A DNA stretch of 64,000 nucleotides from Selaginella moellendorffii (Eukaryota; Plantae; Lycopodiophyta): contig NW_003314329.1 of NCBI RefSeq assembly GCF_000143415.4, positions 985,550 through 1,049,549 of the forward strand. The letters run 5' to 3'. The notes beneath the pieces were generated by a model that was not told the origin of the DNA, searched no databases, and saw only the letters and a program-made list of their open reading frames with translations. Both the position numbers and the translations under genes were made by a program. Shown here one piece after another: positions 36,981-48,664 of the stretch. Position 1 is the stretch's first letter, and every line of letters begins with the position of its first letter.

Positions 36981-38094
36981 TGTAAGCAACCAAAGGGAAT
37001 GACTTGAGAGATGATCCGTTGGGGTTCAAATATAGAGGGAAAGGGCCCATGAACAAAAGTGCACCCCTTTTCCAATCGGTTAAGGGTCTTGGGATATTTG
37101 GGGTTAAGCGTCCTTGGGTTTGAATAGTACTGGGCTGGGTGACCTCCCAGGAAGTCCAAATTCAAGGAGCTTACATTTGGTATCGGAGCGGTCTCGAGTC
37201 CGACTCTGTTGGTTGGTTAGGGGAATCACACCACATGTTGATTGACATCTGGCTGGTCCAGTTTGCTCCCACTGGGCTCGACCCAAGGGGTAGGGTGTCA
37301 AGAGAGCGGGACTCTCGAGAGAGTTGCGGCTCTCAGCTTCCATTCACGAGGGCGTGAACTTGCAGGGAAGCATGGTGGATTGTAAGCAACCAAAGGGACC
37401 CAAGGGGTAGGGTGTCAAGAGAGCGGGACTCTCGAGAGAGTTGCGGCTCTCAGCTTCCATTCACGAGGGCGTGAACTTGCAGGGAAGCATGGTGGATTGT
37501 AAGCAACCAAAGGGAATGACTTGAGAGATGATCCGTTGGGGTTCAAATATAAAGGGAAAGGGCCCATGAATAAAAGTGCACCCCCTTTTCCAATCGGTTA
37601 AGGGTCTTGGGATATTTGGGGTTAAGCGTCCTTGGGTTTGAATAGTACTGGGCTGGGTGACCTCCTAGGAAGTCCAAATTCAAGAAGCTTACATTTGGTA
37701 TCGGAGCGGTCTCGAGTCTGACTTTGTTGGTTGGCTAGGGGAATCACACCACATGTTGATTGACATCTGGCTGGTCCAGTTTGCTCCCACTGGGCTCGAC
37801 CCAAGGGGTAGGGTGTCAAGAGAGCGGGGCTCTCGAGAGAGCTACGGCTCTCAGCTTCCATTCACGAGGGCGTGAACTTCCAGGGAAGCGTGGTGGATTG
37901 TAAGCAACCAAAGGGAATGACTTGAGAGATGATCCATTGGGGTTCAAATATAGAGGGAAAGGGCCCATGAACAAGAGTGCACCCTCTTTTCCAATCGGTT
38001 AAGGGTCTTGGGATATTTGGGGTTAAGCGTCCTTGGGTTTGAATAGTACTGGGCTGGGTGACCTCCTAAGAAGTCCAAATTCAAGGAGCTTACA
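36981..38094 (+). mobile_element. Cassandra-type TRIM tandem array (LTRs 36981-37175, 37498-37693, 37899-38094) carrying a 5S rRNA-derived segment; TSD CTACA; inserted in B1 gag
   Basis: ~195-bp TG...CA LTRs, PBS TGGTATCGGAGC, ~205-bp non-coding internal part, PPT; each LTR contains gttaagcgtccttgggtttgaatagtactgggctgggtgacctcc(c/t)a(g/a)gaagtcc, matching the A-box/IE/C-box region of plant 5S rRNA; CTACA at 36976-36980 and 38095-38099. Confidence 0.92.
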
Positions 38095-38183
38095 CTACAC
38101 TACCTATTCCACTAGGAGCAAGTTTTGCAAGTTGCTACTACTTGTACTCATTAAGAGGAGGAACAAAGGGTCTAGGACTAAAA

Positions 38184-38489
38184 GAAGCTGCTGGTGGTCT
38201 CCAACCACCACCACCTTGGTTAACCATAGCTTGTGAGCCTCTAGGGTGGAACTTGCCTTCCACCCTCTATTTCCGGTCACTTTGTTTATTCCCAAAATTT
38301 TTATTCTTATCTGAGTTACCAGCATACGATTGCTGAGAAGCTGCTGGTGGTCTCCAACCACCACCACCTTGGTTAACCATAGCTTGTGAGCCTCTAGGGT
38401 GGAACCTGCCTTCCACCCTCTATTTCCGGTCACTTTGTTTATTCCCAAAATTTTTAATCTTATCTGAGTTACCAGCATACGGTTGCTGA
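38184..38489. repeat. 153-bp tandem duplication within B1 gag
   Basis: gaagctgctggtggtctccaaccacc... starts at 38184 and 38337; single copy in B2. Confidence 0.8.
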
Positions 38490-39829
38490 TATTGTTCCAT
38501 GACCGAGTGACTAAAGGCAACTTGTTGTGCTGCCTCCTTACACTCTAGGTACGTCTTTGGCCTAAACTTCAAAATCTCATTGCGAGAAAGTGAACTTAAA
38601 CCTTCCAGGAAATAACTCCAAGCATCTTTGTTACTCATATTTGCAATCACAATGCGTTTCTAAGCAAACGCATTAACGTAATGCATGAAGTCCCCTCGCT
38701 GCTTTAACCGCCGCAGCTTCGCACGAAGTCTTAGACCAAGATCATCAAGCAAGTATTCCTTACGGATACGAGACCGCATCTTGGTCCAACTTCTAGTCTA
38801 CCCTTTTTCAGCACACACCTGGCGCCACCAAGTTTTGGCATGATCGGTGAGAAAGGATTGCGCACACGCAACTTTTGTATGATCATCTACGTTTGCCACT
38901 ATGAAATAGTTTTCCATATCGTAGACCCAGTCTTCCAAAACCTGATAGTCCCGAATGTTTCTAAAATTGGGTGGTTTTGGAGGTTTGAACTTTGAAACTT
39001 GTGCAACCGGGGGTGGTTGTAAAACTTCATCATCCTCAGAACTTAAAGAAGAGTCTTTTTGCTTAGGCTTAGCTGGTTTAGCTGCCTCAACTTTTTTCTT
39101 ATTCTTCTTGTTCTCCTTCTTCAATTTGCGAATCTCCCTTCGCAAATTCTCGATCTCGACTTCATGAGCCGTGCACTACAGTGCTGCAGCATCTGGCTCT
39201 TCCTTTTCTGACTCAGCCTCAGCCTCTTCTGCAGCATCTCTAACAGGAGTTTCCTCCTCTCGATTCGCCCATCTAAAGGTTTCAGTGTCATCAGCACGGT
39301 TCCTTTTCACCATCCCGCTAGCTACATGCATGCCTCTATCAGTAACTGAACATGCATATAGCGTTCTTACCGAATGGTGCAATCCCACTAATCCTACATA
39401 GGTCGCTTTGGATCTACTAAAAGAGTCTCTGCATATGCAATTTGAGTTAGAAAATCTGACAAAAGTTGGATAGGAATTGCTGAGACAATTCCTCTGATAC
39501 CAAATATAGCACACCTGAATTTGGAGCCGAACTCCAAGCCTGTTGCACTACAAAATGAGGGTCCGGTACAATCCCACAAGCACCAGCTCCCTGTATTCAG
39601 CATCTACACATAAAATGGTATTAGATGAAGTCTGGCACAATTTTGGCATACCGGTGGCCTAATGCGAGGAGGAGGGTACCCCACCAAATAGAGCAGCATG
39701 GAGCTTGGGCTTAGACCCAAGCTAAACGCAGAACAAGGAGCGACACAGCCTAGCAGGAGCCAAACTAATGTCTCAGGTGGTCGGACATGCATTCCAACCA
39801 CTATCCCTACTATACATTTGGAACCCCCC

Positions 39830-41152
39830 TATAAGTGACTAAATTTTCCATTCTACTTTAGTCACCTAACCACACCTTCCACCACCTGGAGGAGTGTCAC
39901 TCATAGCCTCCGTAAATCCTATTCTGGATTTAGGGACTTGCTAGCCCTAAGAATGGCATCCATGCCACTCAATCATTACACTTGGTCCAAGTGTTCCACA
40001 TATCTGTTCCCATGACCGACACCCCCAAGGTACCACTGACATACCAGCCCATTATGCTAAGGCCTTGCCCATTCACCTTGGTCACACTGGTGGTCCAACA
40101 CCACCACCAAGTCCCTTTTCTGTCCACGGCTATGTTCGCCAACACTGCCACTAGGACAAGGCCCACAAGCCCGACCACTAAGTCCCACTGTCCTCTGGGA
40201 CTTCCTCACCACATGACCGTATCATTGGTCACTACACCAAAGGACCACTCCTCTTCTTTTCCATAGTCTGGGACTTTGGGACAACATTTCGAAACACCAT
40301 GGCCTTACGCGAGCCTCATAGGTACTCTCCCCACCTTCTGCCTTTTAGTGCTCTAGCCATGGGCTTAGAGCGAGGTTCCATTGAGCCATGCCAGGTATCC
40401 AAGTAGGTAGTGCCACCCACACTTGGACTGAGAGCATCGACCATTCGATCTCCTGAGGGAACTAAAGCCAGCTCTTAAACACTTCACCAAGCTACCCCGC
40501 TTGACAGTTTATATTCACTCTAGCCTTGGACCTCCCAGTGGCTATCCCGTCACCCAACACTTGGGTATAGCCTTCCTGGGCCAAATTGGCCTTTCCTAGC
40601 CAAACTAGCTCCACTGGAGTCCTCCCCTCCTACTATACTTTTGGAGCTCACCAAACGCCCTAGGGTCTGGGAGACAAACGCTTTGGGCTTTCACCCTCTC
40701 AGACTCGAACTTGAACTCGAACTCGAACTTGGACTCGGACTCGGACTCGGCCTCGGACTCGGACTTAGACTCGGACTCAGACTTGGACTCGGGCTTGGGC
40801 TCGGCCTCGGCCTCGGCCACGGTCTCGGTCTCAGTCCCAGTCTCGGTCTCAGTCTCGGTCCCGGTCTCGGTCTCGGTCTCGACTTTAGACTCCATCTCGG
40901 GTCCTTCTCGGACTCCATCTCAGATTCCATCTCGGGTCCTCTCGGACTCCATTTCGGGTCCATCTCGGACTCCATCTCAGTCCATCTCGGACTCTATCTC
41001 AGGTCCATCTCGGACTCTATCTCGTGTCCATCTCGGACTCCATCTCGGACTCCATTTTGGACTCCATCTCGGTTCAATATCGGACTCCATCTCAGTCCAT
41101 CATGGACTCCATCACGAACTCCACTTTGGGGCTTAGGGATTTATGTCTCACA
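39830..41152 (-). mobile_element. Family-C solo LTR inserted in the B1 5' LTR
   Basis: Reverse complement of the C LTR at 48436-48664 + 56015-57431; ends t(a)taagtgact...tgtctcaca; flanks ccccc / ccccg; adjacent part of the B LTR is missing. Confidence 0.75.
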
Positions 41153-44100
41153 CCCCGGGCTAAGTATACTTAGCTAATAGCACGTAGGAATTCTGTCCTT
41201 ATGCTCGTCCGGTCTAAGTACACTCGAAATGCCCAGTTAACTCCACTAGCACAAGAGGGGCTACCAAAGGGATCCAACTGTACCGACCTCCTGCTGTAAT
41301 AGTAGTAAGGAAAGAGTGTCTATAAGGACTGGCCGACAAGTATCTTTTGATACTCGAAGTCACATTCGCGACATACTATCCCTGAGAATGGCATCTATAC
41401 CACTCAGCCTTTGCACTTGGTCTAAGTGCTCCACGTGTTTTATCCCATGATAGACACCCCAAAGGTACTACTGACATATCAACTCATTACATTGAGGCCA
41501 TGTCTATTTACCCTTGTTTCATTAGTAGTCCTAAACCACCCGTGCTATAGTCCCATTTCTCAAAGACTAAGCCATCCATTTATGAATGACCATCCTAGAC
41601 CACACTTTAGCATCCTTAGAATGCCCAAAGATAGGGGGAACACCCTTCCCCAATATCCTTTCTTCAATCCCCACTATGTCCATCTCCATCCATGGCTGTA
41701 TTTGCTAATATTGCCACTAGGTAAGGACTCGAAGGCCAAACCACTAAGTTTGGGTGTTCTAACCATGTAGCTAGAGCGAGGTTTCAATAAGCTACACCAT
41801 GTATCCAAATAAGTAGTGCCACCTCCACTTGGATTGGGAGCATCAGCCATTCGATTTCTTAGGGGAGCTAAAGTTAGTTCTTGCACACTTCACCAAATTA
41901 CCATATTTGTGTGTTTGTGTTCACCCTACATTTGGACTCCTTAGTGGTTAGATCATCACCCACCATATGGGTATAACCTTCCTTGGTCATACTGGCCTTT
42001 CTTAGTAAAATTGGATCCACTAGAGTCCTCCTCCTATTATACTTTTGGAGCTCACCAAACCCCCTAGGGTTTGGGAGACGATTGCTTTGGGCTTTCACCC
42101 TCGGACTCGGATTCAGACTCAGACTCGGGCTCAGACTTGGACTTGGACTTAGTCTTGGTCTCAATCTCGGTCTCGGTCTTGATCTTAGTCTCGGTCTTGG
42201 TTTTGGTCTCAATCTCGATCTTGACCTTGGATTTGACCTCAGACTTCATCTCAATCTCCATCTCAGACTCGACCTTGGACTCCATCTCGGGTCCATCTTG
42301 GACTCCATCTCAAGTCCATCTCGGGTCCATCTCAGGTCCATATTGGATTCCATCTCAGACTCCTTTACAGACTCATTTCTTACACATCCACATATCACGA
42401 TATTTACCATGTGTTAGTCCTTTTTGTATCCCTTTTTAAAAACTCATTCATCAATTGTTTCATACTCATTCCTTGAGCACTTTGTTCGGGGTTCCACTCC
42501 CACTCTTGATTTTCCAAGTCAAAGCTTTTGGTCCAAATATGTTACATTTGTTGGCCTTCCATTTCGACCATTACCATGTGGCACCTTTTTAACTCCACTT
42601 TGGGGCTTAGGGGTTTATATTTCATAACTCTACCACCCATAGACGAAATTTGATGTCGTCATTGAATGATAAATTATTTTATAAAGTAACCTCATTATGG
42701 ATTACCATTTTCATCCTTGGCACTAAGTTAATATTTGTCAATAGTTCAACACCAAAGGCTCACCATGCCTTGCCTATCCTCATAAGGGTATAATGTCTCC
42801 AACTTAGAGATTCATTAAACCACTTCTAGTGGTTCTCTCCCTTTATTTGTTTAGTTCTTGCTAAACTCATTAGAGACATCCATTTGGTCTCAATTTTACT
42901 ACTCATTCTGGAGTAGGTTTAGGCTCTACCAACATAGCCATCACACTTTAGGATTTTAATATTGACATTTCAAATCAATTTCCTAGATGTGCCCTACACC
43001 TTGTATTACACTAGTTATGCAAACACTATATTAGGAAGTTTTTTATTTAAGGGCACCCTCTTTTTTATTTCATGCTACCCTTAGCACTAAGTTCCAATTA
43101 TTTATAATTTGTGTTAGGGCTGTTCACAATCCTATTATTTGGCTATCTTGCTACTCCCCCCTTGGAACTTTCACTTTCTCGATATTGGAACATTTGGGAA
43201 TCTATCTTTGGAAATATATTTCCTTTTCCACAATCCATTAGCATTTAACACCTAAGTGTTCCATTCCTAACTTTGCCACTTGGATTCTTTCCAATAATTT
43301 CTATAACCCAATCTTGGCCACTAGTTTTTTACTTCTATTCTTTAATTTTTGTACCAAGCAACATAAGGACACTACCTTCATCCTCGAGGTATGTTTTTGG
43401 TTCTATAACAAAGGTTCTATTTTGCCAAATCCAAAGGGTGTTTATCCCTAGTAAGTTTTTTTAGCATTTTTTGTTATGTGCTTTATCTATGGCCCAACTT
43501 TATAACCTTTCTATAGGTGTTTCTTAAATATTACTTTCTTGGACTCACCATATTAATACAGGATATTTCCCTTAAGTGTCCTTTCTATTTGGTCACATCG
43601 ACCAAGTCATACCATCACTAATAGTTCAAATCAACACTTTGAATTAGAAATCTTATTCCTTAACTTAATAAAGACCTTGTCTTTATTTAGCTATAAGATC
43701 ACTTAATGATCTCGCTTTAACACCTTGACTATGACCCCGGGGGCATCCCCCACACTTGGTGGTGTGCTTAAGCTCGTTTAAGTTAGATATGTTGAGCTTT
43801 CACACTAAGTAATCTAACCATGCATTATGACTCTGGAGCATCCCCTGTTTAGTAGTGTGTCTAAGCTAGCCCCCTTACTAACAGTCTATAACCACCAAAA
43901 AATGAATGTCCTTATATTCAAAACCATTACTATGCTCTAGTGAATTGGGACTCAAACCCAAACACTAAAGAGTTGGGACTTGAACCCAACCTCCATATAT
44001 GCATTTATAGGCGGCATCACTAAAGATGCCTAGCATGACTCCCTATGTGCTTAACATGACTCCCCATGCCGGTGCACCAATTTATGTTTAACATGTGCTA

Positions 44101-44480
44101 TGGATTATAGCTTAGGAACTTAGTTCCTTTGAGCTTCCAAGTCCTCTCACTTAACAAGCTACTTGACTAGTCTGTGATCATGCATAGACTCCTCCATGGT
44201 TGGCTCCATGGGCCACTCTCTTAAAGTTATCACCTTCAATTAGGGTCTTAGTTCCTTTAACTTGCCAATCCCACTTAGCAAGTTACCCAACTAATATAAT
44301 ATGGTTCTTTGCATAAGCATGAAAGTTCTCAAACATTGACTTTTGTTTAAAGCTATTTCCTTGAACACTTGGGAGTTATTTCCCAAACCTTGATAACTTT
44401 GCCTTACGGCCAAGACCACACTTCTACTGCACTATTTTGATTTTATACATTCATATAAACCATTTACACTTGGCTTTTTA

Positions 44481-47340
44481 AGTACTAACCTACCCATATA
44501 TGTTAGCGTATTTTCACCAATCTTTGAGCAATAATATTGGCCAAACCAGCCTTCTCTACATCAATCTCTAGGACCTGGATGATGGATTGATTCACAACAT
44601 CACTAGAGTGCAAACATGCTTTAAGCTTGCTCACATAGAACGTTGGATGAATTTTTGAACTAGCTAGCAAGTCCAAAGTGTATGCAAGATCCCCCACATG
44701 CTGTAAAATTGTTCAAGGCCCACAATACCATGGAGATAGCTTAGCACTGCCACCTCCTTTCAAAGACTATTATGCATCTTACAACTTAAGGAAACTTTGT
44801 CACCAACTTTGTACTCTTGATAACGACGATGTTCATCAGCCAATCTTTTGTCTCTCTCTTGAGCTTGCCTCATGTTCAACTTTGCCAACTCAAACTTGTC
44901 TTGCATATCTTCCAGGAAATCACAAGCATGAGGTATCCAAACTAAAGCCAAATTCAAACTCACAGGAGACTTAGGCTCATACCTATACATTGCTATAAAG
45001 GGAGACATGCCAATAGTTGATTGATAAGCACTATTGTGAGCAAACTGAAGCAAAGGCAAATACTTCTCCCATACTTCTTGTCAAATCAAGTTTCTCATAA
45101 AAGACCTTAACATATCTTCTAATAGCTGATTCATGCGCTCTATCTACCCATCAGATTGTGGATGCTCACCAGTACTCATGCCCAGCTTAGTCTCTAGCTT
45201 CTCAAAGACCGTTTGCCAAAACTTGGACTTGAACTTGGGATCCTGATCACTCACAATGTCACCCAGTAAACCATAGAGACTGAATAATTGGTCTACAAAT
45301 AATTAGGCAAGTTCAAAAGCTTTTATTATTGTCTTCACAAAGAAGAAGTGAGCCATCTTCATCAAACGATCCACAACAACCCAAATAGCATTATTTTTTT
45401 GAAAGATTTTAGGCAAACCAATGATAAAGTCTATTGAGATGCTATCCCATTTATTCTTGGGTACACGTAAAGGATGATACAGGCCAGCAAACTTCTGATA
45501 ATCAACTTTGACCGCTTGGCAGATCAAACAACCACATACGTACTTCTTAACATTTGACTTCATCCCAGGCCAAAATGAATACTTCTTCACTAACATATAC
45601 ATTCTCAATACCCCCAGATGCCCAACACTTGGCACATCATGACACTCAACCAAAATCTGTTTGATAAGTTTGTCAATATGAGGAACCATCTGTCCCTTCT
45701 TCACCAGGATTCCATCTTGTATTTTGAATAATGCAAACTTGTCACCCTTCAAATCTATAGAGGCATCCCTCAACAAAACCTTCGCGTGAATATCAGTGAT
45801 AAAGGAGTCAAAGTTAGCAAACTCCTTAAGCTCATCCAAAAGATCACTGGATAGCTTCACAAACGAGATAGAATTTACCATCCTCGATAATGCATCAGCC
45901 ATCTTATTGTCACCTCCATGCTTGTACTAGATCTTAACAAATATTTCTTGCAGGAACTCTTGCCAATGAGTAAGGTGGCCTCAAAGATCCACATCTGAAG
46001 AAATTAATGATCTGAATCTACATAAAAGTCCAATCCATATAGATAATATTGCCATTCCTTCATAACAGTAATCACAACATACAACTCCTTATTGCGAGTA
46101 GGCTAATTCCACTGTGTAGCGTCAAACTTGTGGCTCATAAATGCGAAAGAATGCCTAACTTAAAGCAATACAACCCCAAAAACACTATCACTCACATTAT
46201 TGCCCATAATTTTCACCACAATCACTTTATTATTCATTGACCTCTTTAGAACAATCTTTGCTTTGATATCCAACCCTGTGGCAATGAAAACAATTACCCT
46301 CCACCTTGTCTTTCTCTCACTAGTCGAAACGAAGTTTCTTAGCCTCACTGCCATCTTCATTCTTCGAGCCACAATGAAACAACAATCGTTTCTTCCCTGA
46401 ATATAAAGCATTGGCGAGCTGGTCATCACGTTGACCACCCCATAGACCATCCTATTGACCAGAGTTGACTAACAGTTTGGGCGAAAAGATCTAGGCCTTA
46501 GTGATAGCATCAGTCAATGTTGTTAGAAAATCCTTCTTGACCTTCTGCTACACATCCACTAAGCTCAATCCTTTAATAAAACATTGCACCTTTAGCAGCT
46601 CATTATAGGTGCTCGTGAGACTAAAGCAAAGATCATGGAACTTGTAGGCATATGCATCCAAAGACCAAGTCCCTTGCCAAATCTCTAACAAATGGATCAT
46701 GAAATCAATCTTTTCAAACTTCTTGACAAACAAAGTGCGGAAAACCTTCGTCAAATCAGTCCAAGAAATCAGCTTCAGATTAGCTTTGATGTAGTTCTTC
46801 CATCACAAAGAAGCATGGCTTGTAAGCTTCGTCACAAAAAAAATCTATCTTCACCTTATCCTCACACCGATTGTGAGACCAACAACTTTCCCACAATTCC
46901 AACCAAAAATCAACCTTTTGACTATCACAAACATCCAATGATGACTTCTATTCCATGATACCATAATCCCTGGCATGCTTGATGTACCAATGGTAATCAC
47001 GGACATGAGATCGATTCAATCCTTGAGGGTTCATATGAAGCAAGAAATCCTTAATGAGATTGATAGAATCCTTAACCTCCTTTATATCACTCTGAACTTA
47101 AAAAATCTGGCATCCTTGCCACACAACGACATCATCAAGAGTCTCTTCTTCATCGTCATTGCTATCATCACTAACGTCATACTCCTCATCAGGATCAATA
47201 TCTTTCTCACTCGCCATCCCCAAAAAATGTGTTACTCCGATACCAATAAAATGAATAAAAGAGCAAACCCTAGGCCAACCTCCCAACCACAAGCCATAGG
47301 AATATTCTTAGAATATTCCTATGGTTTGTGTTAGCGTCCC
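44481..47340 (-). mobile_element. Decayed, internally deleted Ty3/Gypsy element (family D: gag, RNase H, integrase fragments) within C1
   Basis: ADALSR...ECHDVPSVGHLG...CLICQ...WDSISIDFIIGLP...VVVDRL (45303-45902); FAHNSAYQSTIGMSPF; PBS-like ccgatacca ~47237; protease and RT not visible. Confidence 0.7.
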
Positions 47341-48664
47341 CTCCCTGGGTACAACAGACCTTTATCCAAACAAGATTCCTCTAAGCCTTTAAGACCATCC
47401 TTTAACTCTATTGAGTCATGTAACTTTTAAACTTTGTGAATCTAATATCTTATAATGTCTTAACCTTCTGGCTACTTTTGAAGTGCCACCACACTTGAAT
47501 ATAACTTCTTGTATTTGCATTTTATTCACAAGGACTGTGCTATTCCAACACTTGTTTACCCTTCGTTCTATATAAGTTATTTTCGCTTCTTAGAATTATT
47601 TTATCATATAATGAGAATACCAATTGATCTTTTGAATGCACCCTACAATTCCTTGGGTTGCACTGACCTTTACTAAAGGTAACCCCAGCTACTATTTCAA
47701 GAACACATACTCTCATCTGTATTTGACCTCCCACAGTTATTAACTCTAGTCTCAAATTTATGAGCACCATCTTCAACCATATAAGGATAATCCTATAACT
47801 CCTTTATTGTCTCAAAGTTTCTATCTTTTCCATGATCTCAACTATAATTGTTTACCATAACCACATTAGCCAGCCAAAATCATTCCCTATTTGGCCCCTT
47901 TCTATCTACCATATTGCCAACATATTTACATATGAATTAAGGTGGAGAGTCAAGCTTTCTCAACATGCTACTCCTTGAGGATAGACCCACTTCTGGGACC
48001 TTCTAATGCAATTATGAGTGGTGATATACTTAACCATCAATAAAAGTTGGACTAAGGAACAGCTCTAATACCAAATTGTAAGTGACTAATTTTTTCATTT
48101 TATTTTAGTCACTTAACCATTATAAATCACAAAATTTTCCTTTCTAATTTGCTAGTTTACCTCGTCTATCTAACCACTATTACTTTGGCCTTAGTTAAGT
48201 TCCTTTGCCAAGGTTCCCACTTATATTTCTAACTTCTATTAAGTTTTACTTAGCTTCAGTTACTCACTGCATGAGCAACAAAGCGTTAGCCATCCATTTA
48301 TGATTTCTTAAATTCCCTCCCAATCCCCCCCTTGAGTTAGACTAAATTTAAAGTTTGGCTACACTCTCCATAAGCACAAATAGCTAAGCACACCAAACTT
48401 CAGGTTCTTAACATCTATTGGTACCACAAGACTTATGTGAGACACAAATCCCTAAGCCCCAAAGTGGAGCTGAAAAGGTGCCATGTGGTAGTGGCCGAAG
48501 CGAAAACCAAACAAGCATAACACGTTTGGACTAAAAGGCTCCGACTTCAAAGGTTGAGAGTGGGAGTGGAGCTCCCAACGGAGTGCTCAAGAAACGAGCA
48601 TGAAGTGAGCAATAAAAGAGTCTCTAGAAAAGGGACACAAGAGGACCCGAGATGGACCCGTGAT

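Larger units (their letters stand above)
16861..41373 (-). mobile_element. Ty3/Gypsy chromovirus family B, copy B1 (decayed; interrupted by A1, A2, Cassandra array and a C solo LTR)
   Basis: 3' LTR 16861-17708 with PPT; 5' LTR 39505-41373 (split); PBS ctctgatacca ~39493-39502; gag, protease, RT (LYIDD), RNase H, integrase and chromodomain fragments collinear with copy B2. Confidence 0.85.
16704..48120 (-). mobile_element. Old family-C LTR element (C1), host of the nested cluster; 3' LTR split into 16704-16860 and 41374-42626, internal region to ~48076, 5' LTR remnant from 48077
   Basis: LTR end tgtaaatgattaaattttc at 16704 matches family-C LTR ends at 39830, 48077 and (reverse) 57431, 58731; PPT next to 42626; Met-tRNA-type PBS (agctctaatacca) 48061-48073; internal region similar to 58732-62300. 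Confidence 0.6.

Noticed and set aside
37103-37157. Possible 5S rRNA genes in tandem
   Set aside because: Only the internal promoter part of 5S, embedded in TRIM LTRs; not full rRNA genes
35810-37165. 451-aa ORF with a novel N-terminus fused to protease/RT
   Set aside because: Chance read-through from the antisense Cassandra LTR into interrupted B1 gag-pol
42627-48435. Strong C-to-T / G-to-A shift resembling fungal RIP
   Set aside because: Adequately explained by ageing of CG/CHG-methylated plant TE DNA
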